The translations under genes were made by a program, and so were the position numbers. A stretch of DNA of 21,747 nt from Octopus sinensis (taxonomy: Eukaryota), in the NCBI RefSeq assembly GCF_006345805.1, contig NW_021823745.1:1-21747 (forward strand), read 5' to 3'. Shown here piece by piece: positions 10,042 to 21,011 of this stretch. The number at the start of each line of letters is the position of its first letter. Position 1 is the stretch's first letter. Under the pieces are notes generated by a model, which had not been told where the DNA came from, made no database searches, and was given only the letters and a program-made list of their open reading frames with translations.

Positions 10042-10652
10042 TAATAAAAATTAGATAAGGCAGCAGAAATAATGAATATAGAATAAATAAGATAAGATAA
10101 AAATTAGAAATAAAGGGAAAGTTTTGTGGGAATTCATGCACAATTATACATCTGTGTGTGTATATGCATACATGGATTACATTGAGGAGCACTCCAATGG
10201 TTATGATGACAAAGGTCCTAGCTGATATGATTGACAGGACAGCTTGCTCATGAAATTAATGTGCAAGTGGCTGAGCACTCCACAGACATGTGTACCCTTA
10301 ACGTAGTTCTCAGGAGATTCAGCATGACGTATGCTGGCCCTTTGAAATACAGGGCTACTCGATTTTGCCAGCTGAGTGAACTGGAGCAATGTGAAATAAA
10401 GTGTCTTGCTCAAGACAACAATGCATCACCAGGAATCGACTTATGATCTTATGATCATGAGCTGAATGCCCTAACCACTAAGCCATGTGCCTTTACTATG
10501 CATAGATGGATTATATTATGTGTATATGTATACATGGATAATATTGTTGGTATTTATACAACATAATAAATAAAAAAAAAAGGTAAATAAGTAAGGAGAA
10601 TAAGGAGTAAAGAATAAATAAAAATATAAAGGTGAAATAAATTTATTATGTG
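10042..10652 (-). repeat. Inner segment of the left arm of the inverted duplication (paralog of 17188-17473), interrupted by a SINE
   Basis: Reverse complement matches AAATTTATTTCACCTTTATATTTTTATTTATTCTTTA, TAAATACCAACAAT.TTATCCAT and TATTTATTCTATATTCATTATTTCTGCT at 17190-17460. Confidence 0.9.
10184..10496 (-). mobile_element. tRNA-derived SINE (cephalopod type) with 21 bp target-site duplication
   Basis: A box TGGCTTAGTGG (10485-10475), B-box-like GTCGATTCC (10440-10432) and central CTTGAGCAAGACACT. TSD 10163-10183 TATGCATACATGGATTACATT versus 10497-10517 TATGCATAGATGGATTATATT. Confidence 0.9.
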
Positions 10653-11109
10653 GTTATTCTTATTTATTTAATTAATTAATTCATCATTATTTCTGCTTAC
10701 TTCTTTATGTTATTTTATTATATATTTATAGCCCGGTGTTGCCCGGAATTAAGTTAGGATTTAAAGTGATCAAACACATTATTTCAACCAAAATAAGTGA
10801 CACCGACATCAAATTTGAGCAAAATCCATTGAAAATTGGTATACTATTGGCTGAAGATGGGATTGCAGGCAATTTGATTATGAAATCCCATAAGGAATTG
10901 GTTTATCAATTATTTCCATTCAGCGATTGTTTATTATTTTTTTTGAGAACTTACATTATTCAAAAATCCATGGGTCCTAAGTAATGCTGGCATCAAGTTT
11001 GGGGAAAATATGTCAAAATATGTGAAAGTTATGGTTGAAAATGGGGGTGTAGCCAATATTAGTAGGAAATCCTATAAGGAATGGTTCATCAATTTTTTAT
11101 CCTGATTGA

Positions 11110-12560
11110 ATGGAAAAACCTCAAATGGATGCCTGCCACCAATAGTGTTTGGCCTTGGGATTTGTTGATGGACATGGTGAAGCATGATCTCACTGGGAAC
11201 TGCAGAGGTTAAATGGCATGTCTGACCCTGAAGGATAAAGCTGCATCCTTGAAATGAAAATATTTTCACCCCTCCCGCACCCTGTAACAATGGTGGCCTC
11301 AGTCAAGTGGGGTGTCAGATACTTGATTACTAAGCAGGTCCCTTTGCACTGTTTAGGCGGAAGCAAGTTTCTAATTAGCATAATGGGCATCCAACCCTTA
11401 GCCTAAGAATGGAGTGGAAGCCATGTTGGCTCCAATGAGTGGAGAAACTCGATAGAGTAAATGGCAATGTCTTGGGGGGTCAGAGTCTGGTCAATTGATT
11501 TGTAGATGCACTCCTCACCTGGGAATTCGGCTTATGAGCTGGTCGTTGATAGCACTGACAGCTACGTTTTTTGGGGGCCAGGATGGTTCTTTCACTGAGC
11601 CAATTGATGTCTGCATAATTACTTTCCAGATTGGGGAACACTGTTTCCAAAAGATCAGAAGGGTTGTCCACAGTGTTGCACAATCAGAGATGGATATGTC
11701 CCCCCTATAATTCCTAGGGTCCTCGCCTAGGGTTAAAATGACTTCAGCAAATGCTGCAAACGTGCTATCACCAAGCAAGTGTGCACACATGTTTGCGCTT
11801 AGGCTTAAGGTCTTAACCTGGAGCCACAACGTTGATGACTTAAGGCATGCACGCACTTCATCAGCCTGGCTCCCTTTAGGGATGACAGGAAGTGTTTGCC
11901 AGAAATCTCCTGAAAGCAATAGAGTTACACCACTCATAGAAGCTGTAGAATCCCTAATACCTTTCAGTGACTGGTCCAGTACCTCAAGGGCAACCTTACT
12001 GGTTATTGTGCATTCGTCCCATACGATGAGATGGCACTAAGAACTTCAGCTTCCTCTGAAATTTTGCCAATCTTGCAAGTAGGAACTTTGGCCCTCACCA
12101 AATGTAAAGGCAGCCTGAATGCCGAGAGCACCATCCTACCTCCTGGCAATAACGTAGCAGCGATTCCCGAGGAAGCAACTGCTAGTGCAGTTTGTTTCTT
12201 GCAATGAATATTATCAAGTATTAATTGTGTTACAAAGGATTTGCTGGTACCTCTAGCAGCATTGAGGAAAAAAATGCCGCCCACCTGTTTTTCAATGGCA
12301 CTGATGACAGTTTTGTACACTAGCCTCCAATCAGGCAGCAATTTTGGTTCATTTACTCTCAGGTACTCTGCAAGGCCATCAGCGTCATATGACAAGTCCA
12401 GATGTAACTTTGGTAGGAGTGTGTTAATGCCCTGTCGCAATGAGGATGGCAAACCGAATGTGTTCAACGCTGCCCCACCCATTCTGAGCAGGGGCATCCT
12501 TGATTTCAATCAGCCCATTATTGTAGATTCAGGTCATTGTATCCAATGTCAGCATTAGGC
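11110..12560 (-). pseudogene. Helitron PIF1-family helicase relic (near-complete helicase, no Rep/HUH domain seen)
   Basis: FFLNAARGTSKS (decayed Walker A), AVASSGIAATLLPGGR, WDECTM (Walker B, ~12030), GDFWQTLPVIP, WLSERTILAPKN, IMLIRNL, CFTMSINKSQGQTL (~11185-11142). Confidence 0.95.
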
Positions 12561-13080
12561 ACTGTTGCTTTGCCAGTCATCATTTGCCTGACCACTAAGA
12601 AAGCAAAATTACATACAGAGAATTTCATAAACAGAAATGAATGGAAGAAGGTTTTAAATTAAATTTAGACTACACCTTGCACGATTTTCACTAAGTAAAA
12701 AAAATTCGATTTTTTGCTTGTAATCAACTACCATGGCCACCGAATATGCTACAAAACCCTTTTTGTGGTCCAAAAAAAGGGTGGGGTGTGTGGTGGAAGC
12801 TTCTGAAATTTCACCCCCACCCATTGATCTTTTCACCATCGATTTTTCAATGTACGTGGAAAATACGGAGATAAGAATATGGAAAAATTTTTTTTTACTC
12901 TCAAATTTACCATGAAACACTCCAGGCAAATTTTTAGATAAATCTCACACAATTTTCACTGAGAAAAAAAAATCGGATTTTTTGCATGGAATCAACTACC
13001 CTGGCCTCCTAATATACTACAAATACCCATTTATATTGTGTAATTCATTGAAAAATTGTTACCTAACTCTTTGTTTCCGT

Positions 13081-15345
13081 CATCGTCATCATCACCGTCA
13101 TAATCATCATCATTGTTCAACGTCCGTTTTCCATGCTAGCATGGGTTGGACGGTTCGACTGGGGTCTGAGAAACCAGGAGGCTGCACCAGGCTCCAGTCT
13201 GATCTGGCAGTGTTTCTACAGCTAGATGCCCTTCCTAACGCCAACAACTCTGTGAGTGTAGTGGGTGCTTTTTATGTGCCACCGGCACAGGCACCAGGCG
13301 AGGCTGGAATGGCCACGATCGGCTGGTGCTTTTTATGTGCCACCGGCACGGAAGCCAGTCGAGACGGCGCTGGCATCGGCCACGTTCGGATGGTGCTTTT
13401 TACGTGACACCAGCACAGGTATCACAACTACAATTTCCATTTGATTTTTATTTCATGTTGATGTACTTGACTCAATAGGTCTCCTCAAGCACAGTAGGCC
13501 ACCCTACAAGATAAGCACAACAGGCCGTCCTGTGATCCAAGGTACTTTGGATGGGCTGGGGCTGCTACATGAAGCTGGTGCAGGAGACAGCCATGAACTC
13601 ACGTTATTTGTCGGGTTTTCAGTCATAGCATACCTCCAGAGTTCTCGGTATTTCGTCATTGCCTCTGTGAGGCCCAACGTTCGAAGGTCATGCTTGACCA
13701 CCACATCCCATGTCTTCCTGGGTCTACCTCTACCCTGGATTCCTTCAACTGTTTGGGAGTTGCATTTCTTCACGCATCTCTCCTCATCCATCTGTAGTAC
13801 ATGACCATACCAGTGCAAATGTCTCTCTTGCACGCCACATCCAATGCTTCTTATGTTTAACATATCTCTCAGTGAGCTTACACACTGTCGTGTGCGTACA
13901 CTGGCATTACACATCCTTGGTAGCTTTATTTCTTTCAAGCCTATGCATGTCCTCTGCAGTCACAGTCTATGTTTCACTACAGTGAAGCATTGTAGTTCAC
14001 ACACATGCGTCGTACAATCTACCTTTCACTCTGAGCAAGAGACCCTTTGTCACCAGTAGGGGTAGAAGCTTTCTGAACTTTGCCCAGGCTATTCGTATTC
14101 TAGTGGTGACACTCTATGAGCATCTACCGCCACTACTAACTTGGTCACCTAGGTAGCGGAAACTATCAACTACTTCTAGTTTCTCTCCCTGGAGTGTGAT
14201 GAAATCTGTTTTCTGAGTATCTGTGGTGTCTATTGCCCCTGTGCATCTGCCGCACACAAAAGCTATCTTGGTTAATTTTCCTTTGGTGTTGCTGCACCTC
14301 TTATGCATCCATAGCTTACACTGGGTACATCTTATGGAGTTTCTACCTACACCTTTTCTACAGATTGAGGGTGTGTGTGATGAGTTTGCCTTCCTACTTA
14401 CTATAACTTTAGTCTTTGATACATTGACTCTAAGGCCTTTTGATTCGAAACCTTGCTTCCACAGCCGAAATTTCTTTTCTAGTTCTGGTAGTGATTCTGC
14501 TATGAGGGCCAGGTCATCAGCATGGAGGAGCTCCCAGGGGCAACCTGTTTTGAATTCCTCTGTTATTGCCGAGAGGATTATGATGAATAAAAGGGGACTG
14601 AGGGCTGAACCTTGGTGGATCCCTACTTCTACTCGGAATTATTTACTATACTTGTTGCTAATCCTAACCTTACTAATGGCCTCTCAGTATAGGGCCTGTA
14701 CAGCCCTTATTAACCATTCGTCAATCTCCAATTTCCACATCGCCCACCAGATAAGGGATCGGGGAACCCTGTCAAAGGCTTTCTCCAAGTCCACAAAAGC
14801 TAAGTACAGGGGTTTATCTTTATCTAGGTATTTCTCATGCAGTTGTCAAACCAGGAATATGGCATCAGTGGTGCTTCTACCCAGAACAAAACCGAACTGC
14901 ATCTCATCTCTCCCTAATGAGATGGGCTATGACCCTCTCAGTGACAGTCATCACCTGATCCAGCAGTTTAATACCCTTGTAGTTATTTCTATCTAGAGCA
15001 TCACCTTTACCCTTGTAGCAGTTGACTATGATGCTGCTACACCAGTCATTGGGTATGACTCCATTATGAACTACCTGGTTTACAATGCATGTGACTAGGC
15101 CATAGCCCACTCCACCAGATGTTTTAAGCATCTCAGCAGTGATTCCTGATAGGCTGGGGGCTTTTCCTGGCTTCATACCCTTAATTGCTTTACCTACTAG
15201 GGAGCTGTCTATTCGGATAGCTGGTCCTTCTACTGGGTTAACATTTGGCAGGGTCTCCTCCTCCCATTCATTCTCTACATTCAGCAGTCTTTCATAATAG
15301 CTTCTCCAAGCCTCTTTCTTTTCAGAAACATTAAATGCAAGTCTT
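13081..15345 (-). mobile_element. 5'-truncated RTE-clade LINE (RT domain, 3' UTR, (GAT)n tail) nested in Helitron 2
   Basis: MKPGKAPSLSGITAEMLK, NYKGIKLL, QFGF, FVDLEKAFDRVP, GIHQGSALSPLLF, LLHADDLAL, FRYLGD, RGRPRKTWD; tail at 13081-13115; several stops and frameshifts. Confidence 0.95.
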
Positions 15346-16316
15346 TTCAGAAACTTAATGTTTCTATGTTGTTAAATACATAGATTCTCAACAAAACACT
15401 TTTTTCCTCAATGTAAAATAAAAACAAACTCTTTCTTGTCCAAAGTAATGTGTGTGTGTGTGAGAGAGGAGGGGGGCAGGGAGAAAGATGAACAATTTAA
15501 AATAAATAAATGATTTAAAATAGGAATACTAAATTTCTAAATCTCTTGTAGAGACATGTATGGTGGTGGGGCGATAGAATGGTTGTATACTGTCAATCTA
15601 ACACGAACGTGACAGTAGGGGGGTACACCACCGCTGTTTAGCCCTAAGAAGCATCGACGCCTCCTGATGGCTTAGACACATTTTTCCTGTGTCCTTACAT
15701 ACATTTACGAAGGGGAGACAAATACTCCCAGCCGCCCGGGCTGCATCTAGGGACACATGTTTCAGGATTTAAAATAAATATATTTTAATTGTTGTGTGAG
15801 AAAGTATATATATAATCTGATTATAAAGTATAGTGTCTTTCAAAAACATCCTAAATTTGAATACTATATCTCGTGTATAAGAAAAAAAACATTTTACAGT
15901 TTTATTTTTAGTGAACACTGTCACTTACTCTATCTCTCCCTCACACACACACATCAACACACAACATCTGTCTCCCTCACACACACACATACATACGTCA
16001 ACACAACTTCTCTCTCCCTCACATACACACACACACACATTTTCACTTCGTTATGGCAAAAAGGAACTTAACTCATGTTAGCAAACTTCAAAATTGGTAA
16101 AAGTTAAGGCTGAAAATCGATTTTTAATACTACCCGCTAGTGCTTCGGGAAAAATAATTTGATAAAAATACAGTTAGGGTCGTGACAAATGTCCTCCTAA
16201 AATTGGAGCGACATGCGTGCTAATTTGTGGACGTGCATAAATTACATTCACGTACACACATCCTGCCTTTTATATATACAGATAAATACCAACAATATTA
16301 TCCATACACGCATATA

Positions 16317-17071
16317 CATCATCATCGTCATCGTTTAACGTCCGCTTTCCATGCTTGCATGGGTTGGATGGTTTGACGGCTGGTGAACCAGATGGCTGCA
16401 CCAAGCTCCAGTCTTGATCTGGCAGAGTTTCTACAGCTGGATGCCCTTCCGAATGCCAACCACTTCGAGAGTGTAGTGGGTGCTTTTACGTGCCACTGGC
16501 ATGGGGGCCACACAGGCGGTACTGGCAACGACCTTGCTCGAATTTGTTTTTACACATGCCAACGGCACAGGTGCCAGTAAGGAGATGCTGGTAACGATCC
16601 CGCTCGAATGGTGCCTCCTACATCCCTCCTACAAGCCAGGTAGCCACTCTGGCAACAATCATGCTCAGATGGTGCTCTTAGCACCCTACTAGCACAGGAC
16701 ACAAGTGCCAGTAAGGCGAAGCTGGCAATGATCACGATCATATGGTGCTGATGCCCGTCATCGAATTTCACTTTGATTTTGATTTCGGTTTCGATTTCAC
16801 TTGCCTCAACAGGTCTTCGCAAGCAGAGATTAGTGTTCAGTGAAGGAAAAGGTCCGCACAAGTGGGCTGGTTACACCCCTGGCACAGGCAAACAAGGTTA
16901 TGATCTCATTTGGCTTGCCGGGTCTTCTCAAGCACTGCATATTTCCAAAGGTCTCGGTCACTAGTCATTTCCTTGGTGAGTCCTAAAGTTCGAAGGTCGT
17001 GCTTCACCACTTCATCCCAGGTCTTCCAGGGTCTACTTCTTCCACAGGTTCCCTCAACCGCTAGGGTGTGG
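16317..17071 (-). mobile_element. Second, heavily 5'-truncated RTE copy (RT C-terminus, 3' UTR, (GAT)n tail)
   Basis: GRSRPWKTWDEVVKHDLRTLGLT is homologous to 13660-13750; the 3' end 16317-16500 is homologous to 13081-13290. Confidence 0.93.
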
Positions 17072-17187
17072 AAATATAAACTAATGAACTAATGAAATAA
17101 CTAGAAATAAACATCTGTATATGCAAGCACATATAGAGATACTAATATATAAACAAGATACACCCATACATGTATGCACGTGCATAA

Positions 17188-17533
17188 ACACATAAGCAAA
17201 TTTATTTCACCTTTATATTTTTATTTATTCTTTATTCCTTATTTCTGCTTACTTATTTACCTTATTTTATTTTATATATTATATTTTATAAATACCAACA
17301 ATGTTATCCATATATAGCTATCCACATACACATAATATAATCCATGTATGCATATACACGCACATGCATTCACGCATAAACAAATTTTACTTCCCCTTTA
17401 TTTCTATTTTTTATTCTTATCCTATTTATTCTATATTCATTATTTCTGCTACCTTATTTATTTTATTTTATTATATTATATATTTTAATCATGTACTTTT
17501 ACTCTTCTATAATTTAGTTGATTGTTATCATTA
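17188..17533 (+). repeat. Right-arm AT-rich segment made of diverged ~190 bp tandem units; empty site for the SINE and both Helitrons
   Basis: Matches the reverse complements of 10042-10652 and 6693-6752 (54/60 identical for the latter). Confidence 0.9.
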
Positions 17534-18031
17534 CCTGTAGCTCATACAGAACCTCAACGCATCGAGGGAGTTGCTGAACCAACCACTCATGAAGTAATAG
17601 CCATTGGAGTGCTGGAAGATGTGGTAGATCTGCAGGCATTCATTGGAAACACAGCTAAGGATCTCAGCTGTGTTCCTCCAAAAAGCGCTTTCCGCCTTGG
17701 CCGACCAGGATCCAAACCCAGGCTGATTAGGCTGATGTTTACAAACTTTACTGAGGCGCGGGCATTCCATCTGGCTGCTGATAGAGCTCGGTGCGACAAC
17801 ATAATCAACTTTAGGACACGTCCCGGCCTACCACCTGATGTACGCCCAAGGCTAAGATCTGTAGCTTCCCTAAATCGCGACTCTATGCCACAGGAAAGTT
17901 TTAGCCTCTGCGATAATGGGCAAATCTGGAAATTTGTCAAGTCTGGTGAGTCGTGGATAAGGGATACCAGTTGGACTGAGCAAACTGCACCCATAACAAC
18001 AACTGGCAATACAAAAATCTTGGGAAACTAA
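17534..18031 (+). pseudogene. CR1 ORF1 C-terminal remnant (open, ends ...KILGN*)
   Basis: Open frame with FRLGRPGSKPRLIRLMF and RPGLPPDVRPR motifs typical of the ORF1 C-terminus; stop TAA at 18029-18031. Confidence 0.7.
18022..18028 (+). promoter_or_regulatory. Candidate -1 ribosomal frameshift heptamer G_GGA_AAC
   Basis: X_XXY_YYZ in ORF1 phase (TTG GGA AAC TAA); the -1 frame leads straight into the APE domain. Confidence 0.5.
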
Positions 18032-20846
18032 CCAAGAACAATCAGCCATCCCCTGTATATCATCATCTGAAATCCAGATACAAACTGCTGTCCTTGAATG
18101 CCCGTAGTTTATGCAACAAGGTGCATCTTTTTGACTCTTACGTCAAAAGTATCAACCCAGATTTCATCACAGTCACGGAAACATGGGCACATTCTGTACT
18201 CTGTCATTAAGTTTTCAACATAGCCGGCTACAACCTGTTCCGCAAAGACCGCATTAATCGCCGTGGAGGGAGTGTGATGATTTATGTTCCATCAAATCTA
18301 TTGGCAATCCCCTGTGAGGATTTGAACCGATCTCAGGAGGAAGTATTTTTCTGCAAAATATACATGACCATGTCAACACTTCTGCTTGGAGGTGTTTACC
18401 GCCCCCCCAAATTATCGTCAAGACACACAGCTTTTTGACATCCTCAGAGCTGCTGCTATGAAAACAGCCACGTATGTTTATGTTGCGGGCGACTTCAATT
18501 TCCCTGAGATTGACTGGGAGGCCTTCCGTTGGCCGCAAAGTGCAGACGATTTCCTCGAACTGGTGCTGAATTCAAATTGGTCCCAAGTAGTTACCTCCCC
18601 CACAAGGAGTAACAACACTTTGGATCTGCTACTTACCGCTTCTCCTGAAACAATCATTAGTGTCACTACTGAAGAACCTTTTAGGTGACTGATCATTCCA
18701 TGATCATGGCCGACTTGTCTCTGATTGGTTGTAACAAAAAACACAACCATCTTCAGACTGTCCGCTTTGACTGGAATAAAGCAGACTGGAGCCCTTATTG
18801 TACAGAGTGGCAACGCCAAAACTGGCTCGAACTTTATGCCTCTGGAGATGTGGACACTATACTCCAGAACATTCTGAATTCAATATGGGCAGCATGTGCA
18901 GCATCAGTACCATGCAAGCACAAAAAAACACCCAATAGTGCAATTTGGGAGACTGCAGCAGTTCGACTTGCCAGGAAAGAATGCCAAAAGGCTGAACCTC
19001 ATCATCATCATCATCATCAGGATTACAAATAGCACAAATCAGAGATCAACAGGAAAAAGCGCAATAGGTCAGCCAACCACCTCAAGCAGGTGACAAAAAA
19101 GGCAGTGCTTGAATTTGAACAACGCATTGCAACCAACCCTGACAGCAAAATGTTCTGGAAGTATGTGCACTTAAAGCAGAGACCTCACTTTCCAGTTGGT
19201 CCCCTTCGCAACCCCCTCAAAGGACAGATTACTGGCAATCCCAAAGAATGTGCAGAAATCATTGCTGGATGCTATACCGGCATCTTTACTGTCGAAGACC
19301 AAAATGTTCCATCTTCATCACCACTGACATTGGACTCTATATCTACTATGCAATTTACACCAGCAATGTTACAATGCCACCTTAAGAATAAACGCAACTA
19401 TGCCTCTTCTGGTCTCGATGGTGTTACATACCTACTCTCAAATGCGGTGGGTACTTTCTTCTAAGCAAACTTTCTCTATTCTTCCAATGGTGTTACTCCA
19501 GAGCAGTGGAAAACTGCCAGTGTTATCCCTCTGTTCAAAAAGGTGGACCGCACTCGCCTGTCAAACTATTGCCCCGTTAGTCTTACTAGCTGCATCGCCA
19601 AACTGATGGAATCCTGTATCAGGGAAACCCTCTGGAACTTCTGGAAGTCTCACAGCCTCATCCAGCCGTCACAATTTGGATTTATCCCTAACTCCAGCTG
19701 CTGTAATCAACTCATCGAGTTTCTTCAGGACGTTACCCAAATCACTGATTGCAGATCCTGAGTGGATGTTGTTTACCTGGACTTTGCTAAGGCTTTTAAC
19801 TCTGTGCCATGCAAAAGACTTGTGGTGAAGCTCTCTGCGTTGGGCGTAAGAGACGAACTCTATAACTGGTTGAAGTCCTTTATTTTCGGCCAAAAAGAGG
19901 TTGTCACAGTTCTAGGACAGCACTCTTCACCCTATGAGATGACATCTGGTGTACCACAGGGATCTGTTCTTGGCCCCCTTTTATTTGTTGCATATGTTAA
20001 TGATATAGATGCCAACTTAAAGAATGCCACAGTGCTGAAATATGCAGATGACATCAAGCTGTACCTCGAAATAAAGAGGTCAGATACTGTACACTATAGA
20101 TCTCTATTGCAAGCAGACCTGGTCACAATGCAGCAGTGGGTCATGGACTGCCAACTCAAGCTGGTTGTGGACAAATGTACCACCATGCATTTTGGGAGGA
20201 GAAACCCAGCATCCACCTATTCCATCCACAACACTAGTCTCAAAAAGTCTTTGTGTGAACGTGACCTGGGTGTTATTGTCGACAGTGATTTGCGTTGGAC
20301 AAAACACATCGCTAAATTGTCAAGAAGGCTGAGGGTGTCTTGGCATCACTCATCAAATCCTTTGTGAGCCGCTCTCCGACTATCTATCTGCGGCTTTATA
20401 TAGCTATGGTAAGACCTCACCTGGAATTTGCATCACCGGTCTGGAACCCCTATCTTGCCCAGGATATCAATCGTCTGGAAGCCGTTCAGCGACGTGCAAC
20501 CAAAAGAATACCCTCCATCAGGCATTTGCCATATTCTGAATGCCTTACTTCCCTGGGCATGGACACATTGAAACTCCGACATCTGGCAGCTGACTTGGCA
20601 GACACCCATAAAATTATCAACTATCATACAAACAATAACTCTGAGCACCTTTTCAAACCCCACCCGTCTAACACCCATGGACATATTTACAAAGTCAGAA
20701 AACAGCACAGCTCCCATGACTTTAGGAAACATTTTTTCACGCTGAGAGTTGCTGAAGCATGGAACAAACTGCTGGCATCGGTTGTTAGTTGTCGGAGCAC
20801 TGCATCCTTCAAAACTTCCATGCTTTCTGAGATTCGCCAAAACTAA
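18022..20846 (+). pseudogene. CR1 ORF2: apurinic endonuclease plus reverse transcriptase, disabled
   Basis: LNARSLCNK, VTETW, GYNLFRKDR, GGVYRPP, AGDFNFPEIDW, LDLLL, DHS; PVSLTS, QFGF, YLDFAKAF, SGVPQGSVLGPLLF, KYADDIKLY, HLEFASPVWNP, FFTLRVAEAWNKL. Stops and frameshifts at ~18208, 18405, 18686, 19030, 19460, 19759 and 20330. Confidence 0.95.
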
Positions 20847-21011
20847 ACCCGATTTCCACCCCTCCATACACACATAAGCATGTATCTGACTCATACATTG
20901 TTTGCTTTCCAGACATTTGTACATTACTGCATACGCTTTATACGCACTTTCTGACAAGTTGTGGTGCACCTGAGCACTGTATACAATAATTTCATTATTA
21001 TTATTATTATG

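Larger units (their letters stand above)
10729..16282 (-). mobile_element. Helitron 2, internally deleted, ~5.55 kb including a nested RTE
   Basis: On the minus strand it opens A|TCTGTATATATAAAAGGCAGG at 16282 and ends with hairpin CCGG-GCAACA-CCGG then GCTA|T at 10729. The flanks rejoin as TATATTTA+TAAATACCAACAAT, matching 17281-17301. Confidence 0.8.

Noticed and set aside
10430-10495. tRNA gene
   Set aside because: A and B boxes are present, but there is no complete cloverleaf and the sequence continues into a SINE body with a TSD.
13260-13420. Spaced palindromic repeats that look CRISPR-like
   Set aside because: They are degenerate units in a eukaryotic LINE 3' UTR with non-unique, related spacers and no cas genes.
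14223-14996. 257 aa plus-strand ORF, the longest in the track
   Set aside because: It is the antisense shadow of the RTE reverse transcriptase, with no recognisable motifs. The same applies to 20433-21044, 17587-18009 and similar ORFs.
15715-15770. Possible HDV-like or hammerhead ribozyme (CCCAGCC...GGCTG...GGGAC; minus strand GAAACATGTGTC)
   Set aside because: No P1/P1.1 pairing can be built for an HDV fold, and there is no CUGANGA or stem II upstream of the GAAAC.
19000-19032. HHHHHH-Q-DYK* resembling a synthetic His6-FLAG tag
   Set aside because: It is a (CAT)6 microsatellite within CR1 ORF2. DYK is followed by a stop rather than DDDDK, and there is no vector sequence.
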